A stretch of 37,985 nucleotides of DNA from a bacterium (GTDB lineage Bacteria > SZUA-182 > DTGQ01), in the NCBI GenBank assembly GCA_040752695.1, contig JBFMGO010000047.1, positions 1 through 37,985 of the forward strand, read 5' to 3'. Positions 27,087 to 36,231 of this stretch are shown one piece after another. The notes beneath the pieces were generated by a model. The model worked only from the letters and a program-made list of their open reading frames with translations. It searched no databases and had not been told where the DNA came from. The first letter of the stretch is position 1; each line of letters begins with the position of its first letter. Position numbers and translations under genes: made by a program.

Positions 27087-28088
27087 GTGCCTGAATTGCG
27101 CAAAGATCCGATTATCGGCCGATGGGTTATTATCGCTACCGAGCGAGCAAAGCGGCCGTCAGAGTTTGTTCCACAGCCGGAGGAGCGAAGATCGGGTTTT
27201 TGCCCGTTTTGTGTCGGCAACGAGGATAAAACCCCTCCAGAAATCCTTGCCTACCGGCAGCCGGAAACCCTGCCGGATACTCCCGGCTGGTCGGTGAGGG
27301 TGGTGCCGAACAAATTCCCTGCCCTGCAAATCGAAGGGGGAGGGCTGGAAAAGCGGGGAGTTGGTGTTTATGACCAGATGAATGGCGTTGGAGCCCACGA
27401 GGTCATTATTGAAACCCCTCAGCATGACACGGCTCTGGCTGATTTGCCGATAGAACACTTTCTCCAGGTAATTCAAGCCTACCAGGATCGGATTATCGAT
27501 CTGAAGCGGGATTATCGGTTCAAGTACGTGCTCGTCTTCAAAAATCAGGGCCGTGCCGCAGGGGCATCACTTGACCATCCTCATTCCCAGCTTATTGCCC
27601 TGCCGATTGTTCCTAAAAGGGTGATTGAAGAGATTCGTGGAACAAATACCTATTATCTTTATCGAGACCGGTGCATTATCTGTGATATCATTCAGCAGGA
27701 ACTCGACATGGGGGTTCGGCTCATTAACCAGAACAAGCACTTTATCGCCATGACCCCTTTCGCCTCCCGCTTTCCTTTCGAAACCTGGATAATTCCCAAG
27801 GAACATGACGTGTATTTTGAGGACAGCGATCCCTCTCAACTCCGTTCCCTGGGACACATCCTGAAAGATATCCTCCGGCGAATTGCCATCATTCTCAATG
27901 ATCCGCCCTACAATTTCCTCATCCACTCTGCCCCTTTCTATGAAAAAGAGATCAGTTTCTACCACTGGCACATCGAAATTATTCCTAAACTTGCCGAGGT
28001 GGCAGGGTTTGAGTGGGGAACAGGGTTTTATATCAATCCAAGTCCTCCCGAAGTGGCATGTAATTTTTTACGGGAGGCCAGGCCATAA
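27087..28088 (+). CDS. galT: Galactose-1-phosphate uridylyltransferase family protein
   Basis: ELRKDP...W, CPFC, VPNKFPAL, HEVIIE, GASLDHPHSQL, YHWHIE; GTG start. Confidence 0.93.
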   Translation: MPELRKDPIIGRWVIIATERAKRPSEFVPQPEERRSGFCPFCVGNEDKTPPEILAYRQPETLPDTPGWSVRVVPNKFPALQIEGGGLEKRGVGVYDQMNGVGAHEVIIETPQHDTALADLPIEHFLQVIQAYQDRIIDLKRDYRFKYVLVFKNQGRAAGASLDHPHSQLIALPIVPKRVIEEIRGTNTYYLYRDRCIICDIIQQELDMGVRLINQNKHFIAMTPFASRFPFETWIIPKEHDVYFEDSDPSQLRSLGHILKDILRRIAIILNDPPYNFLIHSAPFYEKEISFYHWHIEIIPKLAEVAGFEWGTGFYINPSPPEVACNFLREARP

Positions 28089-28165
28089 GCCGGGAATAAA
28101 ACATCTCACACCTGGCGGTTTGCTCTTTATCCCCACAAGGTGAGTTCTTGCCCCCCCCTTTAGCA

Positions 28166-28885
28166 CTACTTTTTCGACTTGCCGCCGGCATACATGATTT
28201 CAAAATGCGCTTTAGCCTGCTGCACGTCAATGCCGATGTATTCTGCATAAGCGCGCAAAAATCCCACGATGTAGACCCGGCCGGGGAACCTGCCGTACTC
28301 ACCCCTTTCCAGATCTGTCAGGGAGTGGACACTGATCATGGTGGATTCTGAAATCTCCTGGAGAGAAATTCCTTTCCTCTCTCTGAGCTTCTTCAAATAA
28401 TGGGGATCTGAAAGATCCGGTGGCGGGAGCTCTTTTGGCTTCTGCTCCTGATTCTCTTTGGCTGAGTCTCCATCTCTGAGCAGGTCCGCACTCTTGCCTA
28501 AATCAACACCCTTGCCCGAATCCGCACCCTTGCCCGAGTCCGCACCTTTGGCTGAATCCAGACGAGTTGTCGGGGAAGTCACTGGTTTTTTTCCTTTTTT
28601 ATCGACATGTTCCTCTCGCTTCTCCTGTCCTTTCCGTGAACAGGAAATACCTAATTGGTGGTTATACTTTTCTCTTTCACGCTCATCCATAAGAGTCTGA
28701 TAGGCCTTTTCAATCCTTTGTAAAATTTGTGTCCTTTCCGTTTCTGAAATGACAGAGTATAAAGCTAAAGAATCAGCTTGATAGGTTTGACTGGCCAGAT
28801 GATAGGCTTTTTGAATTTCTTCATTATTGGCTGTCAGTCCAACATTGAGTAATTCATAGTAATTCATTTCTTCAACTCTTTTCAT
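28166..28885 (-). CDS. J-domain-like plus RodZ-type HTH protein
   Basis: NYYELLNV...EIQKAY...AYQTL.D...REKY (J-like, no HPD); C-terminal LKKLRE.KGISL.EI...FP..VY..GFLR.YAEYIG. Confidence 0.8.
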   Translation of the reverse strand: MKRVEEMNYYELLNVGLTANNEEIQKAYHLASQTYQADSLALYSVISETERTQILQRIEKAYQTLMDEREREKYNHQLGISCSRKGQEKREEHVDKKGKKPVTSPTTRLDSAKGADSGKGADSGKGVDLGKSADLLRDGDSAKENQEQKPKELPPPDLSDPHYLKKLRERKGISLQEISESTMISVHSLTDLERGEYGRFPGRVYIVGFLRAYAEYIGIDVQQAKAHFEIMYAGGKSKK

Positions 28886-28928
28886 CCATTACCCGCCTCT
28901 TCGTGGAGCATTCCTGTCGCCCGGGCCG

Positions 28929-29888
28929 CTAGCCAAGGAATCTATTGACAATATTTCGGATGCAAACCGCAGCCCCGCTGTTGGGGTACTCTTGAAATAA
29001 AGGTACCCGTTTTCTGGCTGACAACTTGACATGATCATCATAGGTAACATATCCGATGTAGCTTAAGTTCACCCCCAAGTATTTTCTCGTTACGTCACGA
29101 ATTGAATCTCCGGCTTGAATATCGGTTTGAGACCGAACCTGGTTCATGATTAACCGTGGCTTAAATTTCAGAATTTCATCTACCATGGCTTCTGCTGCTG
29201 CTGGGTCGAGTTGATAAACCCTTTCTACCAATTCGTAAATAGTGCGAAATCCTCCAGCCTCTTTCGGAAAAGCGGCCTTTTCTATGAGCGGTTGATAAGG
29301 AGAACCCTGGAACCGGCGCATTAATTTTCTATTCAGGCAGCACCTGATAAAGCGATACATATTCTCGATAGAAGTGGGCTCAGGTACGGCCACCAGAAGT
29401 CCCTGATCGGAAATGAGAAAGAAATCAAGGTTATTATAAGCGGTACCGGCACCCACATCCAGGATAATGTATTCAAAATCCAGCTCTTTTACCTGCTGAA
29501 TCAGCTTGTCTTTTATTTGGCTGCTGATATTTGCCAAGCCCAGCACCTCATTGGCGTCACTGATCAGGTGAAGATTCTCATACTGGGTGCCAACCAGAGC
29601 ATCCGACAGGTGAGAGGTCCGGTCTCTAAGAAAATCAGCCAGGGTAATGGAAGAAGGGGTAACTCCTAAATAGGTGTGGAGGTTTCCACTGCCAAGGTCA
29701 GCGTCAATGATGACCACCTTTTTACCCCTCCGGGCCAGTTGAACTGCAATACTGGAGGCGATAATGCTCTTGCCTGTGCCTCCCTTTCCTCCTGCAACGG
29801 CCCAGATTTTCTTGTTGATTTGCTCAACCCGTTTGCTTTCGGTTTGTTTACTTACGTCTTCAGATTTTTGAAAGAATCTTGCTAACAT
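28929..29888 (-). CDS. MinD/FlhG/ParA-family ATPase
   Basis: Deviant Walker A GGKGGTGKS, DADLG, LDVGAG, PEPTS. Confidence 0.88.
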   Translation of the reverse strand: MLARFFQKSEDVSKQTESKRVEQINKKIWAVAGGKGGTGKSIIASSIAVQLARRGKKVVIIDADLGSGNLHTYLGVTPSSITLADFLRDRTSHLSDALVGTQYENLHLISDANEVLGLANISSQIKDKLIQQVKELDFEYIILDVGAGTAYNNLDFFLISDQGLLVAVPEPTSIENMYRFIRCCLNRKLMRRFQGSPYQPLIEKAAFPKEAGGFRTIYELVERVYQLDPAAAEAMVDEILKFKPRLIMNQVRSQTDIQAGDSIRDVTRKYLGVNLSYIGYVTYDDHVKLSARKRVPLFQEYPNSGAAVCIRNIVNRFLG

Positions 29889-29909
29889 ATGATAAAATTC
29901 TCTTTCGGC

Positions 29910-30995
29910 TTAACTCTCTTCTCGCACATCATGAATGATAGTTCTCACCGGCTCTTGGCAGATCTGGCCCGAGGAAGGGATTCTCGATCCAGCCGAAAGA
30001 GTGCTGTCTCGAAGAATGCATCCCCCTTCTACATATACCCCATCTTCCAGCGTGGATCTGACAATCCAGGAGAATGGCCCGATATGGCAACCTTTGCCGA
30101 TAGAGGAACCGCCCTCAATCACACAGTCCGGCCATACGACGGTATCCTGACCGATCTGTACCTCAAAATCAATATAGGTATGAGCGGGATCTATAATGGT
30201 AACCCCCTCTTCCATAAGACGGGTCGCTATCCTCTGGCGCATGATTTGGCTGGCTTCAGCGAGGTTGCCTCTCGTGTTGATCCCGAGTGAGGTCCGATAA
30301 TCAGCCGCCTTGAACGCCTGAACCACTTTTCCTTCCTGGCGCAAGATGGCGATTGAATCGGTCAGGTAATACTCTTTCTTTGCATTCCGGTTATTGATCT
30401 TGTTCAGCGTATCATAGAGTGCTCGTGAGTCAAAACAATAGATACCGGCATTAATTTCTTTAATTTTCTTTTGCTCTTTTGAGGCATCTTTTTCCTCCAC
30501 GATTCCCAGGACACTTCCCGTTTCATCCCGCAAGATGCGGCCATAGCTGAAAGGGTCTGGTATATCGCTGCTCAAAATAGTGCAGGCAGCCCGGCTATTG
30601 CAGTGAAATGCGACCAATTCATTTACTTCCCTGGAGGTCAAAAGCGGAGTATCACCATTTAAAACGAGCACCACACCTGAAAAGTCAGCCAGTGCATCTT
30701 TCGTTTGCAAGACCGCATGGGCTGTTCCCAACTGCTCTTTCTGATAGACAAACTCTATCCTGGTGTCCTGGAGCTCTTTTTGTATCCTGTCTGCCTGATA
30801 ACCCAGCACCATCACTGCCCGCCTGGCACAGACCGCATCAACCAGATCGGTTACATAGCGAACGATTGGTCGTCCACAGAGGGGGTGGAGCATCTTGCTG
30901 AGTTGAGACTTCATCCGCGTACTCTGGCCTGCAGCTAAAATAACAACTGCCACGTCAGCCCCCTTCGTCATCTGAGCCACATCAGATTGATTCAT
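29910..30995 (-). CDS. glmU: GlmU-like protein: complete uridylyltransferase domain with shortened beta-helix
   Basis: ILAAGQSTRMKS, QLGTAHAV, LNGDTPL, YGRI.R, EINAGIY, EYYLTD, GVTIIDP. Ends at 361 aa. Confidence 0.8.
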   Translation of the reverse strand: MNQSDVAQMTKGADVAVVILAAGQSTRMKSQLSKMLHPLCGRPIVRYVTDLVDAVCARRAVMVLGYQADRIQKELQDTRIEFVYQKEQLGTAHAVLQTKDALADFSGVVLVLNGDTPLLTSREVNELVAFHCNSRAACTILSSDIPDPFSYGRILRDETGSVLGIVEEKDASKEQKKIKEINAGIYCFDSRALYDTLNKINNRNAKKEYYLTDSIAILRQEGKVVQAFKAADYRTSLGINTRGNLAEASQIMRQRIATRLMEEGVTIIDPAHTYIDFEVQIGQDTVVWPDCVIEGGSSIGKGCHIGPFSWIVRSTLEDGVYVEGGCILRDSTLSAGSRIPSSGQICQEPVRTIIHDVREES

Positions 30996-31021
30996 TGAGC
31001 CACCTCCTTAAGCATTCAATT

Positions 31022-32059
31022 TCAGTCACCCTGCACCAACCTCCGAAGCCCCTGCAGGTACGGCGGACGGACAATTCCCTTTTCAGTGATAAGAGCGCTG
31101 ACATACTCATTTGGAGTCACATCAAAGGCCGGGTTAGCTACAGCGATTCTTTCAGGAGCGATCCGGATGCCTCCGATGGAGGTAACTTCCTCATGAGTTC
31201 TTTCCTCAATCGGAATTTCCTGACCGGTTGGAATGTTCAGATCCAGGGTGGATGTCGGAGCAGCCACGTATAAGGGGATCGAATGTGCCCTGGCCAAAAC
31301 CCCCAGAGAGTAGGTGCCGATCTTATTGGCCACATCACCGTTGGCAGCCACCCGGTCCGCTCCCACGATAATCAGGTCTACCTTGCCCTTTTGCATAAAG
31401 TAGCCGGCCATGCTGTCGGTAATGAGAGTGGCCGGAATGTTCTCCTCTACCAGTTCCCAGGCCGTCAGCCGGGCACCTTGCAGGAAAGGCCTGGTTTCAT
31501 CCACATAAACGGATATCTTCTTTCCCGCCTCATGGGCTGCGCGAATAACTCCCAGGGCAGTACCATATCCACCGGTAGCCAGTGCTCCGGCGTTGCAATG
31601 GGTCAGGATGCTCGCTCCATCCGGAATCAGGGGCTCGCCATACTTTCCGATCTGCCGGTTAATGGCCAGGTCCGCCTCCAGAAGTTCGACAGCCCGTGCT
31701 TTAATCGCTTCCTTGAGGCTGGCTACATCTCCCCTGTGATTCCTCTTCGTCTCCTTTAACTGGTTAATCGCCCAGACCAGATTGACCGCCGTGGGCCGGG
31801 TGCGGAAAAATTCCTGGCAGATGCTATCCATCTCACGATCGAAAAATTCCCTGTCCTGGCTTGCAATACCCTGAACCCCAAGAGCGATCCCAAGAGCAGT
31901 GGCCAGACCGATGGCCGGGGCACCGCGGATATTCATCTTTACTATGCACTCAATGACTTCCCTGTAGGTAAAACAGTCAAGATACGCTTCTTTGAGGGGC
32001 AGTCGAACCTGATCCAGAATACGGACGGAATTTCCCTTCCATTCAATAGTCTTAACCAC
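31022..32059 (-). CDS. mtnA: S-methyl-5-thioribose-1-phosphate isomerase
   Basis: IRGAPAIG, TRPTAVNL, LTHCNAGALAT, ETRP..QGARLT, ANKIGTY, NPAFDVTP. Confidence 0.96.
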   Translation of the reverse strand: MVKTIEWKGNSVRILDQVRLPLKEAYLDCFTYREVIECIVKMNIRGAPAIGLATALGIALGVQGIASQDREFFDREMDSICQEFFRTRPTAVNLVWAINQLKETKRNHRGDVASLKEAIKARAVELLEADLAINRQIGKYGEPLIPDGASILTHCNAGALATGGYGTALGVIRAAHEAGKKISVYVDETRPFLQGARLTAWELVEENIPATLITDSMAGYFMQKGKVDLIIVGADRVAANGDVANKIGTYSLGVLARAHSIPLYVAAPTSTLDLNIPTGQEIPIEERTHEEVTSIGGIRIAPERIAVANPAFDVTPNEYVSALITEKGIVRPPYLQGLRRLVQGD

Positions 32060-32399
32060 GTTCTGGTTCTCCTTGAAGAGCAGAAGTCAGCCGCTGCCAA
32101 CACACTTGCTGACTTATTCCGAAAATCCGCACTGCCTTTGAGCGGGCTTTTTCTCCCCCGACAATTGCAACCTGCGATTTTGACACCTCAAGCACCTTTG
32201 CCAGGAACTTAATGCATTCTTTATTCGCCTTGCCATCTACGGGAGGAGCAGTAATCCTTATTTTGACGATCTGGTCTTCTCCTATTCCAACCACTTCATT
32301 TTTCCGTGCATTCGGTTGGATTCTCACCGAAAGGCTGGCCTCCTGGTCGGCTATTGAAATCAGCTTCCTTTCCCTCTTCGATTTCTCCGAAGTTGTCAT
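32052..32399 (-). CDS. DUF167/YggU family protein (start uncertain)
   Basis: VRIQPNARKN, ITAPPVDGKAN, GEKARSK. Confidence 0.88.
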   Translation of the reverse strand: MTTSEKSKRERKLISIADQEASLSVRIQPNARKNEVVGIGEDQIVKIRITAPPVDGKANKECIKFLAKVLEVSKSQVAIVGGEKARSKAVRIFGISQQVCWQRLTSALQGEPERG

Positions 32400-32850
32400 T
32401 TTCTGCCTCAGATCCAGCCTCAGCCAAAAGCCTTCCATACATATCCAGGGTAGATTGTATCTTGATCCTGAACTGCTTATAGAAGGTCCTAAGATCCTGA
32501 ATCTGTTGAAGCACCTGGTCTTTTTGGCGGTCAGTACTTTTCAGGATCTCCTCTGCCTTCATTTCGGCATCTCTGATCACCAGCTCCGCTTCACGGACGG
32601 CATTTTCCCGTATTTTATCCGAACTGCTCTGAGCGGCCATCATCACTTCTTTGATCATTGCTTCACGCTCAAGCAATTTTTCCTTTTGCGCTCTCTCTTC
32701 ATCGAGCTGCTCGCGGATTTCACGGTTTTCTCTCAATGCTACCTGGAATTCTATGGAAAGTGAATCCAAAAAGTCAATCACTTCTTTTTTATGAAAGCCC
32801 GGCCATCTGGTGCTGAACCGCTTCTCTCTAATCTCTAGTGGAGTAATCAT
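32296..32850 (-). CDS. divIVA: DivIVA domain protein
   Basis: MITPLEIREKRF...GF...EV.DFL followed by coiled coil. Confidence 0.9.
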   Translation of the reverse strand: MITPLEIREKRFSTRWPGFHKKEVIDFLDSLSIEFQVALRENREIREQLDEERAQKEKLLEREAMIKEVMMAAQSSSDKIRENAVREAELVIRDAEMKAEEILKSTDRQKDQVLQQIQDLRTFYKQFRIKIQSTLDMYGRLLAEAGSEAENDNFGEIEEGKEADFNSRPGGQPFGENPTECTEK

Positions 32851-32877
32851 GGCTCCTCAGTCTTTTGCCACTTTGTG

Positions 32878-33177
32878 TTATTTCAGCCGAAAAGCTATGC
32901 CAAGCAGGCTGTTTACGATAAATTTCTGAATAAAAACGCAGCCGGCGATCACGATCATGGGCGAAAGGTCGATCCCTCCGATAGCTACAGGGAGATGTCG
33001 CCGAACGAAACGAAATACCGGCTCAGTCAATTGATGAAGGATCTGAACCACTGGATTGTACGGGTCTACATGAAGCCAGGAAATAAAGGCGGCAATGACG
33101 ACAATAAACATGTAAAAATAAACAAACAGGTTAATAATGTCTGCAATAGCTTCCAGCAAGTTCCCAATAATGAACAT
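32878..33177 (-). CDS. yggT: YggT family membrane protein
   Basis: ISW...DPYNP...L..LTEPV...GGIDLSP. Confidence 0.95.
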   Translation of the reverse strand: MFIIGNLLEAIADIINLFVYFYMFIVVIAAFISWLHVDPYNPVVQILHQLTEPVFRFVRRHLPVAIGGIDLSPMIVIAGCVFIQKFIVNSLLGIAFRLK

Positions 33178-33238
33178 GATCCATTAACCCCCAGTTCAAA
33201 ATGGCATCTCTTGATGAAGGACATAAAAGAGGAAATCG

Positions 33239-34066
33239 TCACTGACCCGATGATGGGGCGCGTTCCTCCTCACCAAGTTCTTTCGACCGCATCGCGGCCA
33301 ATTTGATCGCATCCATGAAGCTGGCCCGTACCCCTGCCTTTTCCAGAGCATAAATCCCGTGGATCGTCGTTCCTCCCGGAGAAGAAACCATATCTTTTAA
33401 AACAGCAGGATGATGACCCTCCATCAATAGCCGGACTGTTCCCAGAACAGTCTGCAGGGCAAGTTCCTGTGATGTTTTCCGCGGCAATCCCAAAAGGACA
33501 CCGCCGTCGGTTAATGCCTCGATCATGATGGCTACATAAGCAGGTCCACTGCCGCTCAGACCGGTTACCGCGTCAATCAGGCCTTCGTGTACGAATACCG
33601 TCCGCCCTACAGAGGAAAAAATCCGCTCAACGGTCTTCAGATCCTCTTCGGTTGCCGCATCGGAACAGATGGCAGTCATTCCCTGAAGGACAAGGGCCGG
33701 GGTGTTGGGCATTACCCTGATTATCCTCTTGGCAGCGGGCAGACAGGACGAAAGGAGCGAAAGCTGAATACCGGCGGCAATCGAGATGAACAGTTTGCTT
33801 TCCGTGAGCTCGCTCCTGCCTATTTCCGTCAAGACACTCCGCATCACCTGGGGCTTGACAGCCAGGATAATCACATCGGCTTGAGCAACAACCTCGCTGT
33901 TGCTTTTGACCCCCACAATGCCATACCTTTCACTCAGTTCCGAAAGCCGCTCCCTGCTGACATCCGCAGCGGCAATCTTCTCAGGAGGGAGAAGGTTTGC
34001 CTTCAGGGTTCCCCGTATGAGAGCCTCTGCCATGTTTCCAGCTCCAATAAAGCCAATCTTATTCAT
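33239..34066 (-). CDS. proC: Pyrroline-5-carboxylate reductase
   Basis: IGFIGAGNM, LAVKPQ, RVMPNTP, SGSGPAY, SPGGTT. Confidence 0.97.
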   Translation of the reverse strand: MNKIGFIGAGNMAEALIRGTLKANLLPPEKIAAADVSRERLSELSERYGIVGVKSNSEVVAQADVIILAVKPQVMRSVLTEIGRSELTESKLFISIAAGIQLSLLSSCLPAAKRIIRVMPNTPALVLQGMTAICSDAATEEDLKTVERIFSSVGRTVFVHEGLIDAVTGLSGSGPAYVAIMIEALTDGGVLLGLPRKTSQELALQTVLGTVRLLMEGHHPAVLKDMVSSPGGTTIHGIYALEKAGVRASFMDAIKLAAMRSKELGEEERAPSSGQ

Positions 34067-34200
34067 CCTTACTTTGTTCTCTTAGCGTATTGAGGAAAAA
34101 ATGCCTCAGAATAACGGTTAAAAGTACTTCAGGCACCAAAAGCCCTGATCTCTCCGAATTATACCTTTCCCCTTATCCTATTGCAACAAAAAACTAAGGA

Positions 34201-35043
34201 TTAACGCAGGCTAATCACCGAGATCATCCTCCCGGCCAGATCTTTATCCCTTCGATAGGAGTGAAACCACGCAGGCTGGCAAGAGGTACAAAGGTCCAGT
34301 GTCCAGATATTTTCCTGCAAGACTCCCATTTCCCTGGCCTGAAGGATGTTGGTCAGTTGCAGGTCAAAATACCATCTGCCCTGTACTTTACTCACCACCT
34401 GCGGCCAGAAGGGCAACCTTTCCTTCAGGATTCCAAGGACATCGTCTCGAATTTCAAAGCAGCAGGGCTTCAAATATGGTCCAAAAAGAAGCAGGCAGTC
34501 TTGCGGCCTGGCTCCGAAGTTTTGCCGGATTGCCTTAAGGGCATTTTGGAGTATGCCTAAAGATGCCCCCCGCCAGCCGGCATGAACGGCACCGATGATT
34601 TTTTTGCTTTGCTCAAAGATCAGGATCGGCAAGCAATCGGCAGTAACGATCGACAAAGCTGCTTCAGTCGAATCAGTGACAACTCCATCATACTCACCCG
34701 GATCAGGCACCGGCTCTTTAGCTATGAAGATTCGGTCCCCATGCACCTGCCGCAAACGCACCATAAAAGGAACGTTCGTGCGCAATGCATTGCAAAATCG
34801 CTGCCCCTGACGGTAAATCTCATCGGGTTTGCTATTCCCCCCTGTAGGGGGTATCTTCGTACTGAATCCGTGAATCACTCTGCCATCAAGATCAGGGCAG
34901 GTAAAATAGCCAATCGTTCCCTGCTGTTTAAATAGGCACTTTTTTTCTTGAGATAAGGTTATTCTCACGTCAAAATCGCTCCCTTCCTTCAAGGCAGGCA
35001 CCTTTCGTCTTGTCTTGCCCTGACAACAGGCAGATCCTTCCAT
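34201..35043 (-). CDS. pgeF: PgeF/YfiH family purine nucleoside phosphorylase (start uncertain)
   Basis: HGFST, QVHG, TADCLP, VHAGWRG, CT.C...F.SYRR. Confidence 0.92.
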   Translation of the reverse strand: MEGSACCQGKTRRKVPALKEGSDFDVRITLSQEKKCLFKQQGTIGYFTCPDLDGRVIHGFSTKIPPTGGNSKPDEIYRQGQRFCNALRTNVPFMVRLRQVHGDRIFIAKEPVPDPGEYDGVVTDSTEAALSIVTADCLPILIFEQSKKIIGAVHAGWRGASLGILQNALKAIRQNFGARPQDCLLLFGPYLKPCCFEIRDDVLGILKERLPFWPQVVSKVQGRWYFDLQLTNILQAREMGVLQENIWTLDLCTSCQPAWFHSYRRDKDLAGRMISVISLR

Positions 35044-35240
35044 TTTCTGATAAAGACAAACTCATAATAAAGATAAGCCATAGTGCTCTTTTATACAAGA
35101 GATATCTGACGAAGTATGAATATGGTTGGCTGAAAGACCATGGTTCATTTTGGAAAAATGAACTCTTTGCTCAAGGAGCAACTACCCAATAAGGCCTTTA
35201 TTCTCGAAGCTTCCCCTGCAAAGCGATCGACTTAATTTAT

Positions 35241-35268
35241 TTGACATTGTGATGTATTGTGTTATACT
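35241..35268 (+). promoter_or_regulatory. sigma70 promoter of the response regulator
   Basis: TTGACA-N16-TATACT with a TG extended -10. Confidence 0.6.
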
Positions 35269-35447
35269 CAGAGTGTAAGCGGAAATGATAAGCCTGATGT
35301 GCCTAACGTATATGATAAGCTGCAATTTTACCTTATAATCAAAAAGTTACGAGTGATTGAGCGAAAGTGAACGTGTAGGCGACATTCTTGTGCATCATCG
35401 GGCTGCATTCATCTCTATTCTTAGGGAAAAGAAGGGGTGAAAGGAAA

Positions 35448-35828
35448 ATGGTTCCTAAAAGGGTACTTGTTGTAGACGATGAACAGAACTCGAGAGAGGG
35501 CCTAAGCAAGATCTTAACCAAAGAAGGCTACGTGGTTCATACTGCGGAAAATGGGAAAAAAGCCCTCTTAGAGGCTGAAAATAATAAGTTTGATCTTATC
35601 ATTACGGACCTGCGCATGCCTGAAATGGATGGCATCGAGGTACTTGAAAAATTAAGAAAAAAAAATAAGGACATCGGCGTTGTAATTGTCACAGCCTACG
35701 GAGAGGTAAACTCCTACCTCAAGGCAATGAATCTCGGGGCTTTCGAATACTTGAACAAGCCCATCCACCTGGAGGAATTAAGACGAGTTATTAACAAAGC
35801 CCTCCACGAAAGCTCTAAAGTATCTTGA
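35448..35828 (+). CDS. Single-domain response regulator (NtrC-type receiver)
   Basis: VLVVDDE, ITDLRMPEMDG, VTAYG, YLNKP; ATG 35448 after AAAGGA. Confidence 0.92.
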   Translation: MVPKRVLVVDDEQNSREGLSKILTKEGYVVHTAENGKKALLEAENNKFDLIITDLRMPEMDGIEVLEKLRKKNKDIGVVIVTAYGEVNSYLKAMNLGAFEYLNKPIHLEELRRVINKALHESSKVS

Positions 35829-35943
35829 ATAGCCTGGCCTAAAAGGGATACTTTCTTGAGTTTTACGGCTCTGCTGCTGCCAGGGGAGCTTTTTCTCCCG
35901 GAGAATGGACAAAGGTCCACTTAACTAAAAGGAGGTGAAAAGG

Positions 35944-36120
35944 ATGCCACCAATCATCGATACTGACAAATGCACGGGATGTGGAGTTTGCATTGAAGAT
36001 TGTCCTAATGAAGTTTTAGTTATGAAGGATGATAGATCAAGTGTCAGTGACGCAGACGAATGTGTAGAGTGTGGAGTTTGCGTTGACAATTGCCCCGAAG
36101 AGGCAATTACACTCGCCTAG
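35944..36120 (+). CDS. 2[4Fe-4S] ferredoxin
   Basis: CTGCGVCIEDCP and CVECGVCVDNCP; acidic; AAGGAGG positioned for ATG 35944. Confidence 0.95.
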   Translation: MPPIIDTDKCTGCGVCIEDCPNEVLVMKDDRSSVSDADECVECGVCVDNCPEEAITLA

Positions 36121-36143
36121 GAACAACGTCCTCTAAAGGTTTG

Positions 36144-36190
36144 TTCATCCCGGTTCCGATAGAATGGCTTTCGACCGGAGCCGGGATGAA
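36144..36190. terminator. Hairpin between the convergent ferredoxin and DUF362 genes
   Basis: TTCATCCCGGTTCCG ... CGGAGCCGGGATGAA; no clear U-tract on either strand. Confidence 0.5.
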
Positions 36191-36231
36191 AAAATTTCTC
36201 GACAAGAAAAAAGCGCAAGAGACAGATTATT

